Shown: one piece after another, positions 34,635 to 55,503 of the stretch | Layout of the letters: each line of letters starts with the position of its first letter | Position numbering within the stretch: position 1 is the stretch's first letter | Assembly: GCF_009914755.1 (NCBI RefSeq) | Contig: NC_060926.1 | DNA from: the human T2T-CHM13v2.0 reference genome, Homo sapiens | Direction: 5' to 3' (one strand) | Length of the DNA stretch: 64,000 bases | The notes under the pieces: model-generated | Database searches by the model: none | Told to the model about the DNA's origin: nothing | What the model saw: only the letters and a program-made list of their open reading frames with translations | Translations under genes and position numbers: made by a program

Positions 34635-34738
34635 CCAGGGGCTCAGAGTCCTTCTGGCCAGCTGTCCTGTGCACCATGGCTGGAAATGTGATAGTCAACT
34701 TGCTGTTGTGTTCCTTTCGGACAACGGATCGCCCGGTC
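34635..34738 (-). CDS. POLR1A: POLR1A coding exon 6 ([34 protein letters not shown])
   Basis: Acceptor GCACAG|G, donor TGG|GTGAGC; 104 nt; frame continuous. Confidence 0.93.
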
Positions 34739-34852
34739 CTGTGCAGGAGGACAGTTGTGATTGAAGAGAGAAAAAACCCAGTAAGATATTTAATAATAGC
34801 AATGAGTGACTGCCCAGAGACGTCTCACCTGGCGCAAGGGCCCTGATACTTA

Positions 34853-34957
<105 letters not shown>

Positions 34958-35884
34958 TCAGAGAACCTTGGAGTGCCATTTTGAAGAGAATCCAATATAT
35001 TTACTTTATGGTTTTCACCTTTTATTTTTAACCAGCGGAAACACCCCCACCACCACTTTCTTAAACAAAATCTTCCATAGAACCCTAATACACTTGAGCT
35101 CTGACAATTACTGAGTGACCTCTTTAAGCCTTCAGTTTCTCAATTATAATATGGGAATAAGAATAGTAACCACCTCAGTAAGCTCTTACTAAGACAAAGA
35201 ATCATGAATGCAGTGGGGGCTTGAAATACAGCCAGTACTCAATAAGCGCTAGTTACTTTCACTTGTAAAAGGAAGCCCTCTGGATGCAGCTGGCCTGCCT
35301 CAGAAGGACCTCAGGGTTCTAAGGAAGACACATCCACAGTCCAGCCACATGAGTGGCTCTGCACCTGGCAGCAGATGGGAATCATCTGGGAGCTTTTGTA
35401 ACTCCACTTGGACCCTACCCCAGACCAATTAAATCAGCATCTCTGGTGTGAAACCAAGGCATGAAGTGAAGCAGATTCCAAGACTAGTATCACAGGTGAA
35501 TTATCTACCCATTCATTCATTCGTTGAACAAATTAATACTTAGGCAGTATATGAAGGGGAGAATAAGGTAGCAGTGGGTTAGAGAGAAGTGTTGGAGAAG
35601 GAAAAAAAGACCTGCTGCCATTTTTTAAGAAGAGGCTTGCTGGATGCTATACCGAAATCATATGTCACATAATCCTCTCATTGGTCCTGCAGGCAGGCAT
35701 TAGAGATTAGATAGTGGACACTCAGGGACAGTTGTGTAATTTGTGAGGTTGCAGGTCTCACAAGAGACAGAGCTCAGATTCAAACTCAGGTCTACTTTGG
35801 GAAGCCAGAAGTATATGCAAAGGACAACACAGAGGGAAAGTGATAAAATGATGCCCAAAACAGCATGGGAGAAAGACAGTGTTA

Positions 35885-36115
<231 letters not shown>

Positions 36116-36180
36116 CTATGGCTACTGTGTTGCACTTTCAAAAGAGTGAGACAGCATCGCTGTTGAAAAAAATCAAACAA

Positions 36181-36477
<297 letters not shown>

Positions 36478-36868
36478 CAAATGAGAACATCCTACGTCCA
36501 ATAATGGTGGGCTAGATTCCCCAGACCAAACCTAAGACTGCAAAGAGCCAAGATAGGTTAAAATATTTTTAAAACCTTAATGTTCTGAAGAGCCGACAGG
36601 ACAGTGAGGAATAAATAACCAGAGCAAACTAAAGGGGAACTAGGAATCTAGCAAGATGAAAGAGCATGCAGCCACATGCACTGATGCAGGGCTTTGGTGC
36701 TATGCTGAAGCAGGACATCACTTGGTATACTCATGTGCCCCAGGGAATATGCCTATGATGCTCCCCAGGAGCCCTGGCCTTGAGTGCATTTTCCAATGCA
36801 GCAATTTTGAACTTTTTATTCACAAACTCTCAAATGATGTAGGAAACAGAAATGAAAGTCTTAACCTA

Positions 36869-37035
36869 AGCTGGGCACAGTGGTGCCTCTGTAGTCCCAG
36901 CTACTCCAGATGCTGAGGCAGGGGCTCGCTTGAGCCCAGGTGTTTGAGGCTGCAGTGCGCTATGATCGTACCTGTGAATTGCCACTGCACTACTCCACTG
37001 CTTGCCTAAGCCACACAGTGAGATCCTGCCTTTAA
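36869..37035 (+). mobile_element. Alu monomer (FRAM/FAM-like)
   Basis: GCTGGGCACAGTGGTGCCTCTGTAGTCCCAGCTAC...GAGGCTGCAGTGCGCTATGATCG. Confidence 0.75.
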
Positions 37036-37899
37036 AAAGAACAAATTTAAAAACCTAAAGCTTTTTTAGTATAAGGTTAGAAATCTAACAGGAAGCCATC
37101 ATTCTTCACCCCCCAACACATAAACATAGTAAGCCGGAACACAAAGGACTATACTCTCAGGAACTACCAGCCCTTGTACAATCACTCAGGCCATCCAGGG
37201 AGCTTTAAGCGTTGAACCTGGATAATGACAGTCCCAAGTTGGCATCAGTGCCATGCACACAGCAGAAGCAATGAGAATCTTCTCTGGAGAAGGCAGCGTC
37301 ATCCTAGCCCTCAAATTATTCCCATAAATAATTTTTATTTTTACATTTATTTTTATAATTATTAGAAAACTAGAGATAGCATCTTGTTATGTTGCCCAGG
37401 CTGCTCTTTAACTCCTGGGCCCAAGCAATCCTCCCACCTCAGCCTCCCAAAGTGCTAGGATTACAGGCATTATCCACTGTGTCCAGCCCCAACAAAGAAT
37501 TTTTAAAGGTCAATGACAGACAAACTGTCAAAAATAAATACACAAGGGGACAGGGAAAGGAGGGAGGGTTTTTGGGGACATAAACAATATGCTGACATTG
37601 AACTGGACTGTAAGGGTGATAGTTACTTTGTATTGGACTGTACATATAATTAATGCATTTCTGTATATATTTTACAAAAAAAAGTTTAAGGTATAATAGT
37701 AGGCACCATGAATAATTTTATGCCAATAAATCTGAAACTTTAAATGAAATGGGGAAATTCCTAGAAACATGTAACTTACTGTGAGCGCTGGTTTAAGAAA
37801 ATCCTTTCTTTCTCTCTCTCAATCTGTCTTTCGGACAAATTTGACCATGAGTTAACTTTTTAGCTCTGTTCCCTCATAAATGCAATAAAAGTAGAAATA

Positions 37900-38215
37900 G
37901 GCCGGGCACGGTGGCTCACACCTGTAATCCCAGCACTTTGTGAGGCCAAGGCAGGCAGATCACCTGAGGTCAGGAGTCCAAGACCAGCCTGGCCAACATG
38001 GTGACACCCCATCTCTACTAAAAATACAAAAAATTAGCTGGGCATGGTGGCGTTTGCCTGTAGTCCCAGCTACTCAAGGAGGCCGAGGCAGGAGAATCGC
38101 TTTAGCCTGGGAGGCAGAGGTTGCAGTGAGCCAAGACTGTGCCACTGCACTCCAGCCTGGGTAACAGAGCAAGACTCTGTCTCAAAAAATAAATAAATAA
38201 AAATAAATAAATAAA
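37900..38215 (+). mobile_element. Alu (AluSx-like) with (AAAT)n tail
   Basis: Dimeric Alu; AATAAAAGTAGAAAT/AATAAAAGTGGAAAT flanks resemble a TSD. Confidence 0.9.
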
Positions 38216-38589
38216 AGTGGAAATGTCAGTTGTGTTATTAGGCAACACTACTGATGGTAAAAATGACCCCAATTGGTTAGGCTACATCTGGACTGGAAAG
38301 ACTACAGCTCTGAGCTTCCCTGGGTCCTAGCTGGGCATATCCTACGGTCCCTGGAAGCACAGCCCATGGAACTGTTAGAAACGATATTGATTCCTTTCTG
38401 GGAGATGGGGCCTCTAGGCCAGGGGGGCTCCCATAGCCGCTGATGTGATCTCGTTCCTTTGCGTTTGAGCAGTCGTCTGTCATGTGGGGAGCCAAAGACA
38501 ACTAGTCCCTGTGAGGACACCTGCTGAAGAGAAATGTGTGACACTGCCCTGCTGGCATACTATGTCTCCAATCTCCTCCAGGGCGTTTT

Positions 38590-39330
<741 letters not shown>

Positions 39331-39334
39331 AAGG

Positions 39335-40890
39335 GTATAATTTATTTATATTTTGAAACAATCTCAAATTTATAGAAAAATTCCAAGTATTTCCAGAAAT
39401 CTATCTTTCTTGAACCATTTGACAGTACACTGCTGATCTGATATACCAACAACCCCAAATACTTTGGTGAACATTTTCTATAAACACGGACACTCACAAA
39501 TATGACCGTGATACGATCATCAAAAAATGGTAACTTAGCACTGATAAATTATTACCTTCTAATCCTCAAACAACATTCAAATTTTGCCAACTCCTTTAAT
39601 AATATCCTTTACAGGCTGGGAGTGATGGCTCATGCCTGTAATCCCAGCACTCTGGGAGGCTGAGCCAGGTGGATCGCTTGAGGTCAGGAGTTCAAGGCCA
39701 GCCCGGCCAAAACAGCAAAACCCCATCTTGACTAAAAAAATACAAAAATTAGCCGGGTGTGGTGGTGCATGCCTGTAGTTCCAGCTACTCGTGAGGCTGA
39801 GGTGGGAGATCGCTTGAACCCCGGAGGCAGAGGTTGCAGAGAGCCGAGATAGTGCCACTGTACTCTAACTTGGATAACAGGGCCAGACTCTGTCTCAAAA
39901 TAATACTAATGTCCTTTACAGCAAAAGTATCCAGTTTAGAGCCATCTGTTACACTTTTTAGTCTCCTTTGTTTAGAATAGTTCCTTAGTCTTTAACTTTA
40001 GTCATTAGCAGTTTTGAAGATTAAAGGCAAGTTTTATAGAATATCCCTCGATTGCGGGCATGTCTGATGTTTCCTCATGATCAGATTCGGCTAACACATC
40101 TTTGGCAGGAATATCCAGAAGCGATGTTGTGTTCTTTCAACTGGTCCCATCAGGTATGCTTCACTTTGATCACTTGAATAAAGGGGTGACTGCCAGGCAA
40201 GAAGTCTTTTCCATGGTAAAGTTATTCTCTCTCTCTGACCTTTGTAATTAAAAAAGACTATGTGTGTGTATGGGAGGGAGGGTACTTTGAAAGTGCGTTA
40301 GTAGCCTGTTAAACTTTCAGTCACTCAATTCATTCTTTCATTTATATCAACATAAAAGTAGGTTCATGGATTCCTACTTTATTCAATGGGTTATAATCAC
40401 TTAGTATCATCATTTATTATGATGCTCAAACTGTCCTAGATTTGGCCAGAGTGGGCCCTTCACACAGGCTTTTGTGCCCTTTGGACATGTCCCATCGTTC
40501 TTTGAGCACATACTTCCTTTCTGGCATGTGACATTCCAGGCTGGTCTTGTACTTTCTCTGTCCCAGCTCTAGATCAGCTATTTCTCCAAGAAGCTTTTTT
40601 AGTGGAGAATGGTATTTAGAAAACAAGAAGGGGGTGCTAGGTGCTATCACTCCTCTGAGCCCTTTCAGGGACAGGGCCAGGGGAAAATACATGTGTACAC
40701 ACACTTTACACCCGAACTTTTAATTCCATTTTAACAATACAGGATTAATTCTGTCTTCTCTCTTTCATATATTTGTAACTCTCTTCTCTGATAGTTAAAA
40801 CCTGGCCCCCATTATCCTTAAGTATGTATTCGATCAATTAAGTACTTATTCATCAACATCTCTCTCTCTCCCCGTATGTAACCACTCTCC
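39335..40890 (-). mobile_element. Old L1 (L1MC-like) 3' UTR in minus orientation, with an Alu at ~39613-39900 (+)
   Basis: TTTTGAAACAATCTCAAATTTATAGAAAA, TGTCTGATGTTTCCTCATGATCAGATTC, GATGCTCAAACTGTCCTAGATTTGGCCAG resemble L1MC 3' ends. Confidence 0.65.
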
Positions 40891-41339
40891 CACCACTGCC
40901 ACTGTCATCCCCTCCTCGGTGTGGAGCCCTCACCCAAATTGGGCTCAAGCTCCACATGAGCCCACCCTCCTTGTGGACCCCTCCTTATCATATTTGGGCT
41001 CATACATCCCATGCTAGGTCACCCTGCACAGGCACCCTCTCACCTGATTTGGGCTCTCACACTCTAAGCTGTGCCTTTATCTCCAAATGAACATCCTCCT
41101 TACCCTATTCGAGCTCTGGTATTCCGCACAGGGCTGCCCACATGTGCAGGGATCCCCTCTCACTCTGCTCTGGCTGAGTCCCTGTGCAGGGACACCCTTC
41201 CCACGAAGCTTTGCTCACTCTGCTGTGGCTCAGACACCACATACTAGGCCATGTCTCTTTGGGGAATCCCAGCTTGCTCTGCCCACCTAATGTCTTCGGG
41301 ACTGAAGCATCCAAGAAGAGGGAGGAGAAGAGGAAAGGG

Positions 41340-44110
<2,771 letters not shown>

Positions 44111-44673
44111 AAAAAAACCAAATACAAGAAGTAAACAAAGTAAGCATTACCAATAGGTGAACAACCTGACATATGCCTCCTAAAATGATGCAATACAAAG
44201 TACCCTGTATCATGTAGGTTGTATTCTTGCCAAAATGTGAATCTAATTACAAGAAATAATCGGACAATCTAAAATGTAAGAAATCCTATAAGACAACTGG
44301 CTTTGAGTCTCCAAAAAAGTTGGTATCATGAAAAAGAATTTTCTACATTACAATGTTCTACTTTAAGACAGATCAAAGAGATGTAACAATCAAAAGCAAT
44401 GTCTTTTGATTGAATAAACCTTGATTGAATCCTTGGTCCAGAAAATCAGCAAAAGCTCATAAACGGATTAAATGGTATTTCACTATTGTTTCTATGAACA
44501 TTTCTTTTATTATTCTTATAGCTTCCTGTTTTCACACTCAGCTATTGGTATCCAGTTATAAGATATAAAGATCAAACGTTCTGATGACTATCGGCATGGT
44601 AACTAGGACAACATACAAGCATCTCTTGTTCCCCACACCACTTTGCCTTTTCTGATTTCTGTGACCACCACTA

Positions 44674-44928
<255 letters not shown>

Positions 44929-45125
44929 CTATTCCTTTAAAAACTCTACTTCAGCCTACATGCTTAGAAAGGCCTTTGTTATCTTAAGAACCAGATAAAT
45001 ATTACCCTCTATTTTCTTTTAAGGTTTTATTTTAATCCATTTAGATTTGAAATTTACTTTGGGCGTACAACCTGAGGTAGAGAAATATCTTTATTTTATT
45101 CCAAGATTTAATTAAGAGACTTCTC

Positions 45126-45478
<353 letters not shown>

Positions 45479-46039
45479 TCATGTCCATGTATACCAACAT
45501 ATGTGTAGCTTAAAAAAAAAAATCCTGGAGGTGAGGTTAGCTGAAATAAAAAGCTGAAAATGTACCAGCATGACTCTAAACAGGAGCTTCATTCTGACCT
45601 CACTGTTGGGCTTTCTGGGGCTTTGCTTCTCCTGCCACCACACAAGTGCCTATAGAGACACCTGAAGGGCTCAGGGAGACCCTGAGAACACTGAAGTTCT
45701 CTCTATTACCAGGCAGGTGCCACTGAGATTTCTGAAGAGCACAAAGCCCCTGCAACAAAAGGTGTAGGGAATGAATCTGAACTCTCCCCGACCCTCCACG
45801 CAAACGGAATCAGGCTGTGGCTCTATTCAACTGGAATCAAACTGATATTCATTTATTTAGGGCCACAGGGTAAGTTGAAGTTATTGTATTTGGCTCAAAA
45901 CTTCAAAATCTCATTCTACAGAATGCTTTCATTGGAGTGCCTGGGGCTTAACCTCCTTAGACCACTCTTGTGGGAGAGAGGCAGCACTCACAAATCCCAC
46001 CAGCAGCCCGGAGACCCACACAACTAAGGCAGCACTTAC

Positions 46040-46244
46040 ATCGAAGAGGAGAGGGTTATACACTGTGAGTGGGAGCTCAATGTGGCCCAGGTGCCCAGAA
46101 CAGTTGCTGAAGTCCTGCACGCAGGTGGAGCACACCTCTTTGGAATCTGCAGGGCCCAAAGCTAAATCGTACAGGCCGTTTGCCGATGGGTTCCCCAGGC
46201 TGTCCAGGTATCGAGGGTTCGTAATGGATTTAACACTTAATTTC
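46040..46244 (-). CDS. POLR1A: POLR1A coding exon 2 ([10 protein letters not shown]...[21 protein letters not shown]...LLFD)
   Basis: Acceptor CCTTAG|G, donor GAT|GTAAGT; 205 nt; CxxC-x6-CxGHxGHIEL clamp zinc site. Confidence 0.98.
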
Positions 46245-46540
46245 CTAAGGGGATAAAAAAGACCAAGAGGAAAGCTAAAGTTACCAACCTCTCTGATGTT
46301 TCCTTTCCAGCACAAACCTATAGTTAAGTGATTATTTAATGCCTGCTTGATAGCTCTGGAGGGCACAATCTGTCTTTCTCACTAGTGTACCCCAACACTA
46401 AGTGCAGAGTTGGTACCCAATAGTTAATAAATACATATGTGCTAAATGAATAAGTCATAAAATACATATGTGCTAAATGAATGAGTGGTAACTTCTTAAA
46501 AACAGATTTAGAACAAAACTTGCACTAAGTACACTGGTAA

Positions 46541-46940
<400 letters not shown>

Positions 46941-47689
46941 TGAAATACTCATCACTACATGTACTTTTCAGAGGACGAAACCAAGGCTCAGGGAAGTTAG
47001 GTGATTGAATCCAGGTGACACAAATACAAACAGAATGTGGGGGAGGCAGGATATGGAATAGACTTAACTCCAAAGCCCACCCAGTTCAATGAAGGGAATG
47101 TGATGCAACAATCCCTGTATGCAGAAATAGTCAATTTGACAACATTAAACACATTTAGTCAAACCTTAAAAAAGGTTTCATCACATTTTATGTTTGGTTT
47201 GAAAGGTGCTCCCATAGGACACAACTATGTTTAGTAGGCTAACTTTGCTTTTACAATTTTCTCCTTTCTGATTTAGAAAATAAAGACAAAGAAACCATCC
47301 CAATCTGACAGCCTAGAGGAAATCCGAAGGCTGAAACGAGAGTCCCCTAATGATGTAAACACTCCCTTTAATAAAGCACAAAAATAGTGTCAAGTTTTCA
47401 TGAGTGGTGACATGTTCTGAGTGTAAAACAATGTTAGTCTATCAGGAACTAAGCTGCTCAGCTCTAGAAGATTCTATGTTGCATGGCCAGTGTCACTCTA
47501 AGGGCCAAGGCGACAGGGAGGCAGATCTGCTGCTGTGGCTCTTGTCTATATGGTCACCTTGCTGCCAGTAAGCTAATTTCATGAGAAACTTGATCTAACT
47601 CAAAAGTTGTGCGTGTGGTCTCTTCCCACAAATCTAGAGTCCACCTGCAACCCTGAACTGGGTAACATTGAACAAATTACTTACCTTTT

Positions 47690-48675
47690 GTTCTTTAATC
47701 TTAATTTTTGAAACTGTAATAAAATATATATAAATTCATCATAACTGTTTCAATTAGTACAGTTCAGTGGTATTAAGTACATTTGCATTGTGCTACCATC
47801 ACCACTCTCCATCTGCAGAACCCTTTTTCATCTTGTAAAATTGAAACCCTGTACCCATTATACAGTAATTCTTCATCTCCTCTGCTACCATCATTTTACT
47901 TTCTGTTTTGATTAATCTGACTACTCTAGGTACCTTATATTAAGTGGAATCACACCGTACTTGTCCTTTTGTGACTGGCTTATTTCACTTAGCACCGTGC
48001 CCTCAAGGTTCATCCATGTTATAGGATGTGTTGAACTTTTTTCCTTTTTTAGGGCTGAACAATATCCCATTGCATGTATATACCACATTTTATGTATCAA
48101 CCCATCCATTGATAGACACTTGGGTAGTTTCCACTTTTTCACTATTGTGAATAATGCTGCTATGAACATAGGTATACAAATATCTCTTTGAGACCCTACT
48201 TTCAATTCCTTGGATACACATCCAGAAGTAGAATTGCTGGATCACATGGTAATTTTGTCTTTAGTTTTTTGAGAATCCACCCTACTGTTTTCCATAGTGG
48301 TTGCACCATTTTACATTCACACTAATGGTGTACAAAAAGCTTCCACTTTCTCCACACCCTTGCCAACACTTACTACTTTCTGTTTTTCTGATAGTAGCAC
48401 CCTACTGGATTTGAGGAGCTTTTTATTTGCATTTCCCTAAAATTGGTGATGTTCAACATCTTTTCACATACTCACTGGCCATCTGTATGTCTTCTTTGGA
48501 AAAATGTCTATTTAAGTCCTTTGTCCATTTTAAAATTGAATTTTGTGTTGTTGTTGAGTTGTAGGAGTTCTTTTTATGTTCTAGATATCAATCTCTCATC
48601 AGATATATAATTTACAAATATTTTCCCCCATTCCATGGGTTGCCCTTTCACTCTGCTGACTGTATCCTTTGATAA
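47690..48675 (-). mobile_element. L1 (L1MB-like) ORF2 end and 3' UTR
   Basis: ORF 47921-48205 (-) reads CIPMFIAALFTIVKKWKLPKC...TWMNLE, typical of the L1 ORF2 C-terminus. Confidence 0.88.
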
Positions 48676-49039
48676 CTACCTAATTTTTTTCTCACCTGAA
48701 GTCTGGGCATCACAGCAGCTCTATTGGGATGATTAGAAGATAACATACAGAAAATACAGTGTCAAACAAAGTTCCTCTCTCTTTGTAGAGGAGAAAGTCC
48801 CTCCCACCATTACAGGAGTGGGATGAAGAGTAGGGGCAACTAGCAAGGATTCCACCAGTCAGTAGAGTTTGAGATCAATAGACTTAGGTTTGAAGATGAC
48901 CTTTGCCACTTCCTAGAGAGACATTTTGTTCTCTGGGCCTGAATTTTTTACTGGAGGTGCCACCACAAATGGTGTTGTTAAGAACTGAGAATGGGTGTCG
49001 TTAAGGACTGAAAGTGCCAAGCACTGAGCAGCTAGCTCC

Positions 49040-51360
<2,321 letters not shown>

Positions 51361-51630
51361 GCAAAGAGAAGTTAACGCCTGAACTGACACTTGAAGGACA
51401 ATCATTTTACAAACAAGAGGAAACTTACTACGTGCCTAATTAACCATGTCAGGTACACTATGGTTAATTCCACAAATGCTTGTTAGTTAACGAGGAGACT
51501 GGCAGATGATAACGCTGCAGACCAGGACCCTCCCCACCCTTATATTCCCCTACCTCAGCGCAAACTCTTTCCCCCAGCACCACCGGCCTCTTATCCAGGC
51601 AGGCCACGCCGGCCCAGGAACGTTCCCAGA

Positions 51631-51714
51631 ACTACGGCTCCCAGCAGGACAAGCGCCAGACAAGCCTGGACTCAAGAGGATAGACTGGGCAAAAGCGCTT
51701 CTGGGAATCGTAGT
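51631..51714. promoter_or_regulatory. Pair of convergent ZNF143/THAP11-type ACTACnnnTCCCAG motifs
   Basis: ACTACGGCTCCCAGCA (+, 51631-51646) and ACTACGATTCCCAGAA (-, 51699-51714). Confidence 0.65.
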
Positions 51715-51768
51715 TTAGGGCGCCGACCTCAAGATCCAGGCTGGGCACGCTACCCAACCAACTCCTTA

Positions 51769-51891
<123 letters not shown>

Positions 51892-52272
51892 TCACCACCT
51901 GACTATTCTTAATTCAACCTCAAGCCCGGAGTCACCACGCGATTCAACGTGCGCTTGCGCGCGGAAGCGGTCGCAGGAACGACATTTACGTGGATGAGAT
52001 CACTTCTACATGGGGGGGGAACAAATAGTTGTACGACTCTCTGCTCGCTCTTTTGTTTTGAAAACAATCAAAGATATATAAGACATCAAAATAATCATTT
52101 AGGAAAATTCCTCCGAGGCAAATCGGGTGTATAGAGCTTTTAGCTTCCGTGACGAAGTCTTTCAAACCATGAGCTTGCAACCTCCCATTTTATGATTGCT
52201 TTCGTCTTCTTCCGCTTCAGCCAATAGCGGAGCTGTTCCCTGCTCCCCGCCCACTGCGCCCCACCTTCCTGA

Positions 52273-52422
<150 letters not shown>

Positions 52423-54048
52423 TAAGAGACGCTTAGGGTATCCGCGAAGAAGACCGCGGAGTCACCTTAGTCCTATGTTTCCCAGCTGGCTGTGGAAGTA
52501 GGCACGATGAAATGGTTTGCTCATGCGCGCCCTTAACGGTCGCGTGCCCTTAAGACCAGGTACGCGGAGGTGGCCCTTTGAAATAGGATTCGCAACGCAT
52601 TTATTCATTAGAGAAATACTTATTGGTTGCTTGCAATATTCTGTAGTTAACACCATCCGCAAAGCTAGGACCCTGCTCTCATGAAGCTTGCGTTCCAGTG
52701 AGTGTGGCTATTAGCAACACTACCCCAAATTAAAAATTATCCGCCATTACTCATTTTAACCCAATCAGGAGGAGCGAGGAGAACGTACAAGATCTTCCCA
52801 AATAAAAGGCAGTCTCTGGTCGCCACCGTGGGGACTTTGGCTAAAGAAGTTATCAGGTTTTCGTAAAAGCAGAAAAGTCTAAAAGATCTGACTATGCCCT
52901 TTTGATCTGTGATAGTTATAGCTTGGAACATGTATGACCTATCTGTGTAATTTTTTTTTCACTCAGTACAAACAGTGGCATTGTGGGAATATGAGAGGCA
53001 GTAATTTGTAGTGAAAACTTGCTAAAAGCCTAATTTTAGGTTTAGTGTTTGCCATTCACTTAATTGGATGATAATAGACAGATTTCCTCATCTGCAGACT
53101 AGAGTTGGTAATAACCATCCGAAAAGTTTGTGAGGTATAAGTGGGATATGTAATTTACAATATGTTTTTATATGTACTCTCCCTTAGTTCCCCTCAAGAA
53201 AGAGAAACCACTCCATCTGATACTGCAGAAACCTTTGTGCTGCCATTCAATGCCAGTCCTCCGTTTCCTGGTAGCCATCGTTAGCATTTTTCTACTCATT
53301 TTCTTTGCCTGAAGCAGAATCTCTTCCTCAGCATCCGTTCTCAAAATAACTGTGATCTCTGTTTTAAGGTCATGAGAAACAAATAGTGTGACTTGAAAGA
53401 GTTGATCTCAGAAACTTGAAAGAGTTGATCTCTTTCTGAAATGTCCTTAACGTAGAGGGGTATTCTTGTTTTAAATGATACCTGAAACCAGATACTACTG
53501 GAGGAAGTATCTTTCTGTGCAATCACATCTTGACAATTTTCTGAATGTTACTGATGCCATTTAGTAAGGGGAAACACAAGATAATACTAACCGTCACATT
53601 ATCTGTGGTGTGTTGACTGTGTTTTTAGTGTGATCAGAACACTTAAACAGAACACTTAAAAACTCAGTCATGGGCCAATGATTCTATATTTTGGTTTAAA
53701 AAGGATTTCATATTGAACCTCTGAAAATAGAAAATATCAGCAATTCCAAGTCTAAATCAGGCCTTATGTATTTGGTACATTCTTGATTGTTGAAAGAAGT
53801 GGAATGAGAAGCCATGGGTCATCTTCCCTATGTTGTAATTGCTTTAAGTGAGGTAGTCCTTTCTGATCAGGGCAGTATCTGTATAGAAGCAAGAGCTCAC
53901 TGAATTGTTCTTTTAAACATCATAGTGTTTTGGGTTCCTGAAGTTGAAAGTTCTTCATTTCAAACCAGATTGTTCAAGTGCTATTAAAAACTTTCCTCCC
54001 TCTCTGCCATTTATGTAATGAGATTGCTTGCTTCCAAAACTTTTGTCT

Positions 54049-54214
54049 AGCCGGGCATGGTGGCATATGCCTGTAGTCCTAGTTACTCAGGAGGCTGAAG
54101 CAGGAGGGTCACTTGAGCCCAGGAGTTCAAGGGTTCAGTGAGCTATAATTGCACCACTTCACTAAAGGCTAGGCAATGGAGCAAGACCCTGTCTCTAAAA
54201 AAAAAAAAAAAAAA
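54049..54214 (+). mobile_element. Alu monomer (FRAM-like)
   Basis: Single right-type monomer with A tail. Confidence 0.8.
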
Positions 54215-54387
54215 GTTTTGACAGTCTTGTCCATATCTTGTATCCATTCCTTAATGATATTGAACATGTGTACAGACTGTCTTCTCAGCGTTCATTGACA
54301 TGAGTTATCCAGTTTAATCCGTGATAATTGGAGAATTTGGGCTCAAAGTACACATAGGTGGAGGTGAGCTGGGTACTTCATTAATGA

Positions 54388-54480
<93 letters not shown>

Positions 54481-54569
54481 TAAAATATATTGAATTCTAT
54501 TTTTATATCAACACGTTGGATTCCATTGTAGTACTAGGAAACTGATTCATGTTTTCTTTTTTACATTAG

Positions 54570-54606
54570 GGATTGAAGAAGTAGTAATTCCAAAAAAGAA
54601 AACTTG
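54570..54606 (+). CDS. PTCD3: PTCD3 coding exon 3 (GIEEVVIPKKKTW)
   Basis: Acceptor CATTAG|G, donor TTG|GTAAGT; 37 nt. Confidence 0.93.
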
Positions 54607-55181
54607 GTAAGTATTCTATCAGTGTTCATTCAGCAAATGGTTGAGTGCTTACTATGAGAGAAGTATAAGGGTTAGGTAAGGAGACAGTGACAGGAAGAGC
54701 AATAGGAGAGCATTCTTGAAGAGAGTAGCTGAGCGGGGAGAAGCTAGGAGTTTAAAGGACAAAAAATGGAAAGGTGGAGAATAGTGAGTGAATGAGCAAT
54801 GAGATTTACTTAAAAGAACAATTGAAAGAGATTTTGAATTAGTGTGGGTTACTATTTACGTGGTTAATAATACATGGTTATACATGAACATCATCATTAG
54901 AATAATTTTTTTCAAGGAAGTTCTCTCATATGATTCAAGAGCAGACAGTTACTGTCTTTATTATCTCTAATGAGGTAAAAATAAAGTAAATGGTGTGGAC
55001 AGCAAAATTTAGCTTTTTTATTCACTGGATATATCCTTGAACAAATTGCCTCATCTCATTTATTCAACATTTGTTGAATATGCAGGAATTAAAACTTCAC
55101 AAAAGTGCTTGTTACAGTGTAGTCCTATTGAACGCATTTAGTGGCCCCTCAAAAAGCTAGGTCTTAAAATTATGTGACCTA

Positions 55182-55503
<322 letters not shown>

